64,000 nt of DNA from assembly GCF_006345805.1 (NCBI RefSeq), contig NC_043020.1, positions 21,700,001-21,764,000 of the forward strand. Direction: 5' to 3'. This document shows, piece by piece, positions 22,377 to 34,599 of this stretch. Under the pieces are notes generated by a model. The model was not told the origin of the DNA and did not search any database. It saw only the letters and a list, made by a program, of their open reading frames with translations. Within the stretch, counting starts at the first letter, position 1, and every line of letters begins with the position of its first letter. The translations under genes and the position numbers were made by a program. This DNA is from Octopus sinensis. Lineage: Eukaryota.

Positions 22377-23425
22377 CACATGCATATACATTTGCACAAG
22401 CACATAGTAATTAGTATATAAGCGTACGCACACAAGCAAAAATACACGTTCGTGTTTTGCCACTTGCAACAAATTTGCACTAAAGGTAAATAAACCAGAA
22501 GGGGGGGGGGTCAATGTTTCATCGTTTCGGGGTCGGTAATTAAGTACCAATTACGCACTGGTGTCGAGGATTTTTTCCCCAATTTATATCACAGCTTCCG
22601 ACAAGCTGGGGGCATCCTTTTATGAAAAAATATTTCGCAAATTTTTTACAATACTACTCACACTCCACGCGCAAACTCGGGACCGATTTAGGCATATTAT
22701 TGTTTTGTTTTTATTGTTTCTGGCCCTTCAAAACCATGGGAGAAGCCTTTTCGGCAAAAAAAAAAAAGAAAATATTCAAAAAATATCGTTAATATTTTTA
22801 TTGGGAGACGAAATTCATCAATTTAAGAGATATAGCTGTTATTTCTAGCACCTGTAGAAAACAGAAGAGAGAAAGGATGAGTAAGACGTGTGCGTGTGAG
22901 TTTTTAGATGCAGTAAATAATTTGAGCTCGAATGCTGCGATTTCATTGGTTAAAATTCGTAAAATTAAACTATGTTTAAGTTACGAATTACAATTTTGTT
23001 TTCAATTTTGTTTACAGTAATGTTTTCTTTTGACACATTCTACCAGTATACGAAGTTTCAAATTGTTTAGTTAACTAGAAAATTCTGTCTATCAAACAGA
23101 AAAGAGAGGTTATGTATGTATGAATGGCTTTAGTGACACACACACGCACGCAGGTTGTTATGTATGTATGGCTTCAGTGACACACACACATACACACGCG
23201 CACAGATGGCATGCCAACTTCAAAAGAACTTCCCCGATCCAATTGCGCTCTCTCTGTCCCTTTCGCTTTTACTCCGACTTGAAAAGATACCCTTCCCCCA
23301 CACCTCACTTATATAAAAAAAATAATAAAAATTTTATGGAAAGCCACAACCTTCTTCATAAACATAAACAAAAACCACGTGCACCATAGTTTGACAACTA
23401 TGGTACTCATACCGTAATTTAGCCA

Positions 23426-24793
23426 GATATGGATCTTTTCAATCTCAGTTACAGATTTTTTAATTAATTTTTTTTTTTAACTAAACAGTTTGAAACTTCG
23501 GATACTGGTTGAATGTGTCACGTAGAACATGGTTTACTCTTAACGTTTTTGACAAAATTTCGTATTTTAGAAGTTATTTTGTGTTACAGTTGTCGTATTT
23601 GAGTAATTTTAACCAATCAATGACATGTATTCAGCTGAAGAAAGTTACTGCTGTTTGCGAAAGTAATGGAAGAGCAACAACTTCTGGGTCATCAGGTCAT
23701 CTGTTTTGGACACTGCATACATATATGTATGTAAATACACAGACACATGTATATGTATACACACACACACATGCAACTTTTTGAACGCTGAGGAAAGGGA
23801 AGTGTGTGTGAGGAATACATAGCTTTTAGGAGAGAGGGGGGTTGTGAAGTTGACAGTTGTTCATGCAGCATTTCTGCTATCCATCATACACATACACACA
23901 CATTCATATGTAAAGCTGATAAAACCCCGAAAAGGAGAGGATTTAATAAATTAATATGCAGCGGTAGATGGTGATAAGTTTATATAAAGCTATTGTTCAG
24001 ATCGTCAACACACCACCACTCTCCGTTCTCTCTCTCTCTCCGATTTATCATGTTAAAAAAATCAGGCGCAATCACTGAACGAGTTAACTAAAATCAGCCA
24101 TTAAAACATATATTTGTGTGTATGAGTGCATGTATGTGTGTATGTATGTGTGCATGTATTTATGCATGTGTGAGAATCTGTATAGTTGCTTGACGTGCTG
24201 GAAATAACAACCAAATCTCTCTCAATGTCACATGCTAACATTATATAAACAAGAGGACACATTGGATTAAAAAAAAAAAGACTCTGCCGGTTACGACGAC
24301 GAGGGTCCCAGCTGATACGATCAACGGAACAGCTTGCTCGTGAAATTAACGTGCAAATGGCTGAGCATTCCACAGACATGTACCCTTAACGTAGTTCTCG
24401 GGGATAATCAGCGTGACACAGAGAGTGACAAGGCTGACCCTTTGAAATACAAGTACAACTCATTTTTGCCAGCTGAGTGGACTGGAGCAACGTGAAATAA
24501 AGTGTCTTGCTCAAGGACACAACGCGTCGCCGGGAATCGAACTCACAACCTTACGATCATGAGCCGAATGCCCTAACCACTAAGCCACGCGCCCTAACAT
24601 ACACATTGGATAAGATGGAAAAAATACACACACACGTATTATTCCCTATAAAAGAACTTTCTGTTGTCAAAAACGTTAAGAGTAAACCTTGTTCTATGTG
24701 ACACATTCAACCAGTATCCGAAGTTTCAAACTGTTTAGTTAAAAATAATTAATTAAAAAATCTGTGGCTGAGATTGAAAAGATCCAAATATCT
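23426..24793. mobile_element. Second long-TIR MITE, related to 21803-23106, with nested SINE
   Basis: gatatggatcttttcaatctcag...aaacttcggatactggttgaatgtgtcac...cttaacgtttttgacaa (23426-23556) is mirrored at ~24660-24793. Confidence 0.75.
24270..24596 (-). mobile_element. tRNA-derived SINE
   Basis: The minus strand has ggcttagtggttagggc, gagttcgattccc and gtgtccttgagcaagacactttatttcacgttgctccagtccactcagctg (same core as 19127), and ends at an A/T run. Confidence 0.85.
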
Positions 24794-26203
24794 CTTTATA
24801 TATAAACAGCAAAATATTTGTGTGTTTGTGTATCCTTTATACAAATCCACAATTTTTCAGTTAGAGGGCTCGCACTTTCTATGGTCATTCAAAACCGTCC
24901 AAGGGTAGTCGTGCACATCTTTACATTTCCCCAGTCACCCCCGCAAAGCCATTAAAAAATCAATAGAAGTGACTTTTTTGTGAATTTTCTATCCAAAACA
25001 CAATCAAAATGCCCGAAACTTGATATGCCAATTGAATGCCAGCTAGCTTTATGTGATTGGTTGGAGATTTGGACAGTACTAGGCCTCGAAACCGGTTTTA
25101 TATTATGATCAGTAAAACCGAAACCAATTTGCCAAAACCGATTTTAAGGCTTGCTGTTTCGGATCTTTTCAATAAAAGATGTTTTATGTAACACATTCTA
25201 CCAGTATACAAAGTTTAAAAGTGTTTAGTTACAAATAACTATTTTTTAAATGTGCCGGTCAAAGTGAAATGATCCGCTGTATTTTTTTTTTTGTTTGTTT
25301 GTTTTTTTTCGCAAAACATTTCTCCATTTTTTCTTTTCAAGAAATATCGTTGAAACTGAACTAACTGAACTGTTGTCGGTCACCTTTAGTTGAGAGTGCA
25401 GTCTGTTTCATTGAAACATATTGCAACATATCAATTCTCACCTTCTTTCCCCTTGAACCTTAGATCAGCACCTTGTCATCTCCTTCGCTAACCCCTGGTT
25501 GACTCTTTGAATTTGCAGGTAACTGAGTTTATTCATAGCAAGTCAAAGGGATGCTGTTAGTCTTCAGTCGGGTGATCTTTCCCGTTGAGCAGAAATGTCA
25601 AAACCTTGACTTTCTTGAGGTATTTACATAACCCAAGGAAATTTAAAGGTGAGTCGATTTCTGGACCTTTTCTATTTTTGAACGAAACAACATTTAAGGA
25701 AGTATGCTGAACAAACATATAGATTATTTCCTGAACATGATGCTGAGAACACAACAGAATTATACAAAGAAAATGAAATAGGAGGGAACCTAAAAACAAG
25801 TGTTACTGTTGTCCCATTTACTTATGAAGGTAATGGACTCATTCGTGAATACACAAGCACAATGAAGAAAATGAATGAAGAGCCCACAATCGACTAGTCG
25901 TGACTAGTCGATCCTACAACGACTACCTAGCAAAGTAAATAAAACACAAAATAATTTTTTTACACAAAGTAAATAATTTTTTAAAAACAAAGTAAATAAA
26001 ACACAAAAACACAAAGTAAGCATCAACTAGCTAGTGCCTATGCGCGCACTGGGACCACTCTTCTTAAGTAGTACCCGCGAAAACCGGTTTTGAGATTTAC
26101 TTATACTTGAACTCAGTTTTGGGAATTATTGGTTTTTTGCGAGCCCTAGACAGTACTCGCGTGTATGTGCGCACGCACACAGCTGTATATGCATGCACTA
26201 GCT

Positions 26204-26236
26204 CTATGAGCCGGCAAAGCCGAGTCATAGTGCTAG
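26204..26236 (+). mobile_element. Helitron-like 3' terminus
   Basis: Hairpin ctatga-gc-cggc-aaa-gccg-ag-tcatag followed by tgCTAG and then T. Confidence 0.5.
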
Positions 26237-26894
26237 TTTAACATAAAATGTAAATAGCTTCTTTTGTAATAAAAATGGAAACATTTTTGAACACTTGATT
26301 TAGAATGAGAGTATCTCAATGTTGTCACTCTTCCGAACTAATTGAAATAGCAGTCTACGATCTCAAAAATAAATTATTGATTTAACAATGTAGTATTTGA
26401 TATACAAAAAGATAGGCTAGTTATGGTGAGAACATGTTTGATTATAGGTTAGATCTAATGTTATTTTTTGTTTGCGTTCGTTTAATTTTTATTCTATTTT
26501 CGACTTGAATAACATTGAAAGTTTGAATCAACTAGAAATAGTTAAATATTAGAGCAGTTAAAGAATATGTCGATTTATGACCTCAACATTGTTGCTTTGT
26601 TAGTAAAAAACATTTTCTTTTGTGATTTCATACTATTCTTCTGTTCTTGAACTTTTACCAGTTTCATTCAGGCAATCTTCCAATATCAGTCGCATAAATG
26701 TCAAAATACACAGCTGATTATTCGGTAATTTACGTAAAGAATTCTTATTTATTTACTTTTGTTTTCATGTCCTGTTGAAACCGATATTTGTGTGTAAGCT
26801 GTCTAGTCCATTATTCAGGATAAAATGCAGTCAGTAGAGTGGGTATATTAATGAAAATATACAGTATTATAGCCATTACAGCCAATCTTACCAA

Positions 26895-27730
26895 TCAGTT
26901 TTGCACTTGGGGTTCAACAGAGTGTTGGGTAACAGTCCAATTATGTAACCCTGAGCTCTTCAGAGGTAGCTATTATAGAATAAAATATGGTGACTGCTCT
27001 CTATTGTTGTAAGTGAGTAGGCGGTGACCAGTAATAAAGTCAAAAGAAAAAAAATCACAGTAATAAAATGGTTAGGGAAAAAAGTCCCAATTTATGGCGG
27101 CTGGTAATAAAGTCACAATTAATTTATGAAATCTGGAGAAAACCCCTACCCCAACCCTAGACAAAACCCCTGTGACTTTTTTTCCTGTGTCTTTATTTCC
27201 ATAACTTTTTCCTGTGACTTTTTTTTTACCTTGGTTCGAGTAGACACATCTGGTTTGTGGTTGCTTTGAGAAAGATGATGAAATAAATTGAGCTGGGATT
27301 AGGTTAAGAGTTATGTTCCTTGGTATCAAAAGCATCATCTCTGGTGGTGGTTTTGTTGCAAATCAGCGAAAATTTTCTGGGAAAGAGTCTGTGGGAAATG
27401 TGTATCTTTAAGGTTGGTGTTCTTGTGGAGATGGAATGGGTGCTATATGTATAGCTTTTGCATGGAGTGGGGGGGAGGGGAGGGCATGCACATCTGTGTT
27501 TTCTTTCATGTTTTGGTTAAATTCTTGGCACATTTACGTATGCATGCAGTGTGTGTAAAAGTACAATATGTGTAGGGTCTTATATTGGTGGTGGTGAAAA
27601 ATAGTTTATTGGGTGGATGTCCACTGTGCAGTCCCCATATTTCATTCCATAACAGTTACCTCTGAACAGCTCAGGGTTCCATAATTCGACTGTTACCTAA
27701 CACTTCAGTGAACCCCAAGTGTGTAAGATC
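26895..27730. mobile_element. MITE with ~100-bp TIRs and an internal second inverted-repeat element (~27030-27235)
   Basis: cacttggggttcaacagagtgttgggtaacagtc...ccctgagctcttcagaggta is mirrored by tacctctgaacagctcagggtt...gactgttacctaacacttcagtgaaccccaagtg. Internal aaagtcaca and tgtgactttt motifs are inverted. Confidence 0.7.
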
Positions 27731-28093
27731 AATCGTAAAGGATATATCATACTGTACCCTTCAATTAATATACATACATGCAAACACATACATAAAGCTG
27801 AACACTCTTGCTCACGCAAACACACACACGTACACCCATTATCTTTCATATACACATACATAAATACATACATCTTGTAATGTATATAAGTATGCAGATT
27901 TGCATGTGTATTATAAATCTGTGTGAGTGCATATGTACAACATGTACTTTTGTGTATGAATGTTTAATAATGGAAAGCAAGGTTTATGATATCAGAAGAA
28001 TATTGTCTTCTTCCATCATCATTTGTTCTTTGTGTAGTTCAGGCTTCCGGCAGGTGAAGAGAAAAGACTTCAAGTACAAATGCCATTTACAAC

Positions 28094-28304
28094 TGGTTTA
28101 TTTACAGGTTTTACAGGATAGGTGAAGTGTGCTTCTCTCAGCTACCATCTTTAGCTGTGTGCGTTGTGTATGTAGCTCCATTAGTGTGGGTGCAAATTGC
28201 CTCCAGCCAATGATGTTGTTCAGCCAGAGCTGCTGAAAGGTGGCTCCAAAAAGAGAGAGATTTTAATCTCATCCAATATGGCACTGGCTGCTTGTGACGC
28301 TACA
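28094..28304 (-). repeat. Probable 3' LTR of the Gypsy element
   Basis: On the minus strand the polypurine tract CAGGGGAAGCCCT is followed by TGTAGCG at 28304. The distal end is uncertain. Confidence 0.55.
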
Positions 28305-31300
28305 AGGGCTTCCCCTGAGTGTGGAAGTATGAAAACAGAATAATTGGAGCAGGCACAAGAAAGAGTAAAGATTGCAACCAACAAGATATGGTACAAAAAT
28401 GTGACAAGTCAAATAGAAAAATAACTGCAAGAAATATAAATTGGCATGCACAAAATTTCACAAAATGTTCAATGGCAGAATATTGGAACTGTCCAGTAAC
28501 ACACACAAAAAAAGATTGTCAGATATAAATAGTTTTAGTGACATAGGTTTTGTTCATGTTAGGCAGTGGCAACAAAGGTATTGGTGATGGTGTGGTCAAA
28601 GGTGGATGTATAAAGGATCAAAAGTGGGTGTGTTTGGGGTGTCATCGAAGGGTGTGGACACCTCAAAATGTGCCCTTTTAAGTCTGTTGACTGACACGGT
28701 CTCTGCCCGACCATTGATGTCGAGACTAAAAGTTTTGGGTTTGTGCGATGGCACACAAAATGGTCCCTTATAAGAAGAAACGGGAGGTCCTCTGACAGAA
28801 TCATCCCGCACAAAAACAGGAGTCCATTTGTCAATATCTGGAGGGACGTGAGAGGGAATAGACTGGTCATGTGGATGCATGGGTAGAAGACTTGAGAAAT
28901 GCGAGCGAAGTCTGGTGACATATAATGTTGGATCAAGAGGCAATGAGTTTTCTGGCGCTAACATTGTGCCAGGGTGGTACTGCAGAGGAGTTCAGCAAAG
29001 GAGAAACCTAAGTCTGCTTTAACAGCAGTGCGACAACCAAGAAGAACTGTAGGGTGGCCTTCAGTTGCCTGTGAAAACGTTCAACCATCCCGTTAGAAGC
29101 TGAGTGGTAGTTGGTCATACAAATATGAACTCCTAGGATTCATGATAATTCACAACATAGGGAAGCCTCGAACTGGCGTCCATGATCAGTGGCTATTTTA
29201 GCAGGGACTCCAAAGCAAGCAATCCAGTTAGAAACGAAAGCTTGAGTAACTGACTCAACAGAAATGTCCACTATTGGAATGACCTCTGGCCAACAAGAGA
29301 AACGATCGACGCATGTCAATATGTAAGAGAAACTGCAGCTGACAGGCCATGGTCCAACCAGATCAATGTGGACAACTGTCCAAGAGGAGCACAAATGTGT
29401 CTCTGGATTTTAGAATGCTGACATTTTACACAAGAGCGTGCCCAGTCGGTGATCATCGGGCGCGTATTAGGCCAGAAAAAACGAGCTGTAATAAGCTTCA
29501 CCGAGGCAGTGACACCAGGATGTGACAGTGAATGCAAGGCATCAAAAATGGAGCGTTGGTGGTTCTCAGGTACAAACGGTCTGGGAGAACCAGTAGCTGT
29601 ATCACAAAGAATGGTGCCTTCAGCAGATGGAAGTGGAAGATAGGCAAACTTGCAACAGGACAACTTGGTAGAAGTTAAATCCAAAGTGTCCAGAGCTGGC
29701 TGATTCTGCACAATGGCAGTTAAATCGATTGCAGCAAGAGATGAAAGGGAGCACATAGGAAGACGAGAGAGTACATCAGCAGGCACGTTCTCTGTTCCAG
29801 ATATGTGCCGAATGTCACTCTTGAACTGGGAAATGTAGTCCAGGTGTCAAAAAGTACAAGGCATTTGTCCGATTTAGATGACAGCAAACATAAGAGGCTT
29901 GTGATCAGTATAAATCACAAAATCTCGGCCCTCGAATTGATATTAAAAATGGCGAACGGACAGGTAGATTGCCAAGAGCTCGCGATCAAACATACTGTAC
30001 CGACATTCAGCTGCCTTTAATTGACAAGAAAAAGCCGCCAAAGGTTTAGTCTAATTGTCTACGGTGTGCTGCAAAACAGCACCAACCACAGAATCCAATG
30101 CATCAACGGTCAAAGAGAGAGGAGTGTTGGGAACTGGATGTACAAGCAAAGAGTACCGAAGCTGTTTCCTTCTTAATTGACTCAAAAGCAGATAACGCCT
30201 CATCAGATAAAGCAATAGGAGAATTCTTTTTGGTATCTGCTTTCAAAAGCCGAGTCAAGGGAAGTAACTTGTTTGCACAATTTCTAACGAAGCGTCTGTA
30301 AGAATTGGCAACACCCAAAAAATGATAGAGTTGGCGTAGTGAAGTGGGGGGTGCGATGCGCTGAATTGCATAGACTTTGGAAGAAAGAGTTCTGATCCCA
30401 TTGGAGTCGATATAATGCCCCAGAAATTCCAGAGTGAACTGCCCGAAAACACACTTATCGGGGTTGATTCACACATTGTAGACGCGAAGATGCTGAAAGA
30501 GTTGATTCAAGTGCTGGAGATGATTTTTATGCGTTTGCAATGAGTATGTCATCAACGTAAGCAAACACAAAATCAAGTCCATGAGCAACTTCGTCAATAA
30601 ATCTTTGGAATGTACTCGTGGCGTTCTGCAGACCGAAGCTCATAAAAAGGAACTCAAAGCTGCCAAAAGGAGTAGTGATGGCAGTTTTTGGATTGACCGG
30701 AATCTGGTGATAGGCATGGACAAGGTCAACATTTGAAAAAAATAGTACAACCATGCAAATTAGAGGAGAAATCTTGATTTCTTATGGGATATCGATAGGG
30801 AACAGTGACCACATTCAAACGTCTGTAATCCCCCACCGGGTGAAAATCAGAATCCCTTTTTCGAGCCAAATGAAGGGAGATGCCCAAGGGCTGGTGGAGG
30901 GGTGAATAAGGCCAAGCTGGAGCATGTGCTCAAACTCAGACCGAGCCTTCTTAAGACAATCAGGATCAAGTCGCCGCAAGCGTGAAAAGACAGGTGGCCC
31001 AGTGGTGGTAATATAGTGGAGAGTCGAGTGGGTAGGTTTTGCTGTTTGGAATAGCTGATCCACCAGCACTGGGAAAGAAGCTAAGAGTGAATGAAATTCA
31101 TCACCAGCATTGGCAACATTGGTAGTGGCTTTTGGAGGCGTAGACAAAGACGTAGAACCATCGACAAGTCTCTGTCGCATGACATCTACCAATAGATTAA
31201 AATTGTTCAAAAGTCTGCACCCAGAATAGGATGTGGGAGATCAGCTATGACAAAAATCCACCAAAAATCCCGGCAAAGATTAATGTCGATATTTAATGAA

Positions 31301-32245
31301 ATTTGCCCATACTTTGCAATGGAAGACCAATTGACTGCATGCAAGGTGATCTCTGAGCACTTTGGCTTGTTTGTAGCGAGAAGCAAAGGCCAAATAGAGC
31401 AACTAGAACCTGTGTCAACCATAAAAGCCTGATTAGACACGCAGTCCTTCACAAAAATTGCACGATTTGGGGATTAGTGGTCGGAAGTGTTTGACGTGCT
31501 CAAAACCTCCACAGGTCGTTTTCCAACACCTGGAAAGAACAGTGTGGAATGCATTTGTGTGCGTTATACTGATACCTGGCGTGGTACCAACAAAGACTGG
31601 AATGAGAAAAGAGGAATCGGTCGAGCATGAACGGGACCAGCTTCAATTTCAACTATGCGAAGAGTTGGAGTGCCCTCCCCATAGTGCATCCATTCGGCAC
31701 ATTAAGGAATCAAGTTTAACCAAAATATCATCCTGTGGAGAGGAAGATGTGGCAGAGGAAACCTCTGAGCAGGAGAAGACATGGCAAGGTGCTGGCTGGA
31801 TTGCAAATTCTAAAATTTTATCAACCATGGTGGCAAGTTGATCCACAGTGTTGGTATCAACTGCTGTAGCTAAGATGGTTTGCACATTGGGAGGTAGCCA
31901 GGAGAAGAAAAGCTTCCGTAAAAGCAAGTTGTCCTCAGTCGTGTCGCTGAGCTCACGGAGACACTGTAAAAATTGAGTCGGCGTCCTGTCACCTAACTCC
32001 TCATTTTGCATAAGCTGCTTAAATTTAGACCCCGCAGATTTCGTGTTTCGGCAGAGAACCTTGGATTTGACCCCCTCGTACATTGCATCTGGACGAGGAT
32101 CAGTGATGAAATCCCTGACTGAAGGAGTGAGTGGTGCAGGAATGCTACAAACGAGAAGATTCAACTGACAGGATGAGGGTACAGCATGTGCTGCAAAATA
32201 GGCCTCAAACTGAGCGAACCAAAGTGAGATGTCACCTGTATACGA
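28094..32245 (-). mobile_element. Gypsy/Ty3 LTR retrotransposon (CsRn1/Kabuki-like gag), decayed, 5' LTR absent
   Basis: gag (DISLWFAQFEAYF; MQNEELGDRTPTQFL, ~31650-32245), protease (FMVDTGSS, ~31207-31452), RT (KTAITTPFGSFEF, FAYVDDILIA), RNase H (NVPADVLSR), integrase (LHSLSHPG...CVKCQ; HIDLVGP; GMVERFHRQLKA) and a GPY/F-like tail (SYKGPF). Confidence 0.92.
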
Positions 32246-32859
32246 AGGGATGTATCAACAATTCTGCCAGCTCTAATGTTTAATCCTAATTTAGTTCATG
32301 TACGCAAGACAGACCTCTGTCTTAGCAAATTACATGTTTTATGCATTTAATTCATGCAAACAGAACTTAATAGAATTTAACAGAAAAGGACAATTTGGCC
32401 ATTTCCTAAAATGACATTGTCTTTCCTTTTCTTGCTGTACCTTTAGCATGAATTATAGCAACAGTTTGGGATTGCACAATAAACCATCCACTAGAACAGA
32501 ACAACTGTTCACTAACTAACAAAAAATAGGTCTTCTTCTTTATAAATATCAGTGAAACTTTTTGACGCACTTTCCTTTTCTATTATTGAAGACAAACTAG
32601 AGTTTGTATCCATATAATTTTCTTTCTCCTTCAAGATGTTTCACAAGTCTAAAATGTCAGAAATCATTTTTATTAACATGATATTTTGCCCATCCCATTT
32701 TCAGTCCTCCTAGCTCCCCCCCCCCCCCGGCTGTCCAGGAGGACCTGCTTTCTATATGAGAAACACTGTACTAGAAGACCTGGAACTTTCTCTCTCACAC
32801 AAACTTGCATGCACACATTACATTACTGTACATACATCATTATCATATATTATTCTTTT

Positions 32860-33305
32860 ATCCTTTTACTTGTTTCAGTCATTTGACTGTAGCCATGCTG
32901 GAGCACCACCTTTAGTCAGAACTTATTCTTTGTAACCCTAATACTTATTCTGTTGCTCTCTTTTGCCAAACCACTAAGTTATGGGGATGTGAACACACCA
33001 ACATCGGTTGTCAAGTGATGGTAGGGGAACAAACACACACACACACATGCATATATATGCACATACTTACATGTATACCTATATACATATGCATATGTGG
33101 GCACTGGACATCACAAAACATAAACAACAAAAAATACGATGACATGTTTCTTTCAGTTTCCATCTACCAAATTCATTTACAAGGCTTTAGGTGGCCCAAG
33201 GTTATAGCAGAAGAGAGTTGCCCAAAGTGCCATGCAGTGGAACTGAACCCAGAACCATGTGGTTGGCAAGAAAGCTACTTACCACACTGCCACTCCTGTG
33301 CCTTA
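32860..33305 (-). mobile_element. tRNA-derived SINE (bipartite, with CA/TA spacer)
   Basis: The minus strand starts ggcacaggagtggcagtgtggtaag...ggttctgggttcagttccac and ends with the gtttcagtcatttgactg.ccatgctggagcacc module. Opposite-strand relative at 44785-45095. Confidence 0.7.
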
Positions 33306-33470
33306 ATGTCCATGTTCCATGCTAACATGGGTTGGCTAATTTGATAGGATCCAATGGGTCCCAGAACTATAATGTGCCCCAGTGTCTCCTTTGGCTTGGT
33401 TTCTATAGCTGGATACCCTTCCTAATGCCAACATGCTTATAATGGGTGCTTTCTTGTGCCACTGGCACTA
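33305..33470 (-). mobile_element. RTE-A 3'-terminal fragment
   Basis: tagctggatacccttcctaatgccaac and ttaatgtccatgttccatgctaacatgggttgg. Confidence 0.65.
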
Positions 33471-34599
33471 GTGCAGTCACCATGTTTGCAAGAGCACTAA
33501 CTCTAAGGTGACAGCTTCATGTATAGAGATGAAGGGTTAAAGTATGAGAGGAGGGGCTAGAACAGAAGAGGTTCCTTGCTGTAGAAGAGCTACATGACTA
33601 CTCACATTTTGAATAGAGCTAGGAAGAGATAAAAATAGTGGTGATGAGGTGTCTATGTGGACCTTCACTGTATGAAGTAGTAGAGAGAATGGATACAGAA
33701 GAACTAGGAGTGAAGGTGGGTGGAGTTTGTAAGAGTTTTGGAGTAATGAGATAAGGAATAGGTGAGGGGAGGTAAGTAACAGCTGTAAAGGCTGAGTAGG
33801 ACTGAAGGGTGCTTGTAGTGAATGGCAGATAAGGGATGGGGGATGACCAATAATGGATGAGCTGGGAGAGGTAGGAAGCAGTAGATGATTGCCAATATAG
33901 AAAAATAGTGGTGAGAACAGCAGAATTGTAATGATGATACAGTGGAAAGAGAAAAGACAAAGAGATAATGTGGTTTGATAGGTTGCCTTTAGGGAGAGAT
34001 CAAGGCAATGTCTTAATTTACTATTTTTGATTCTAGATTTATTAGTATAAGACAGAAGTTATGGATTTCTAATCCATCTTAATAATACTTTGAAAAGAAT
34101 GATTAAATAACCCATTTACAAAATGGGTGGTGATGATAACTACCATCCATCAAGTCCCCAGTTTGCACATAGGGGAATGGGCTAGGTTAGCTGCAAATAC
34201 TCAATAAGCAGTCCTGGACAAATTCACAGGTTGTCTTTTGGCAAGGTGTAACACCTGTCAGCCACCCTGCTAGGGTCACAGTGAAATCCTGAAAAGAGTG
34301 GAAATGTCACTATCATTGGAAAGCAAGATGGTTGTAGGGAATGGAATGCAAGACATATAATACTTTCTTTTGGATTTCTTCCCACTTTACTGAACAAATT
34401 ATACTTTTGTGAAACTTGGTCTGGGAAACTCGCCAGCTTGACTGGTACTGCAATTGTCTATAGGACGTTCGACTATAAATGAGTAATTAGCAATCAAAAG
34501 ACATTCCATAACTTGTATTAACTTCAGAAATTCATCCCACATTGCTTGTTGAGTAGTTAAACAAGGAGCATGTCCCAGCTCCAACTCAGTGTTTCAAAA

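Larger units (their letters stand above)
21803..23106. mobile_element. Long-TIR non-autonomous DNA element (unclassified MITE) with nested SINE and microsatellites
   Basis: 21803-21960 (ttttctgtttgatagac...aaacttcgtatactggtagaatgtgtcaaaag...attttaaccaatgaa) is the reverse complement of 22937-23106. Confidence 0.75.
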
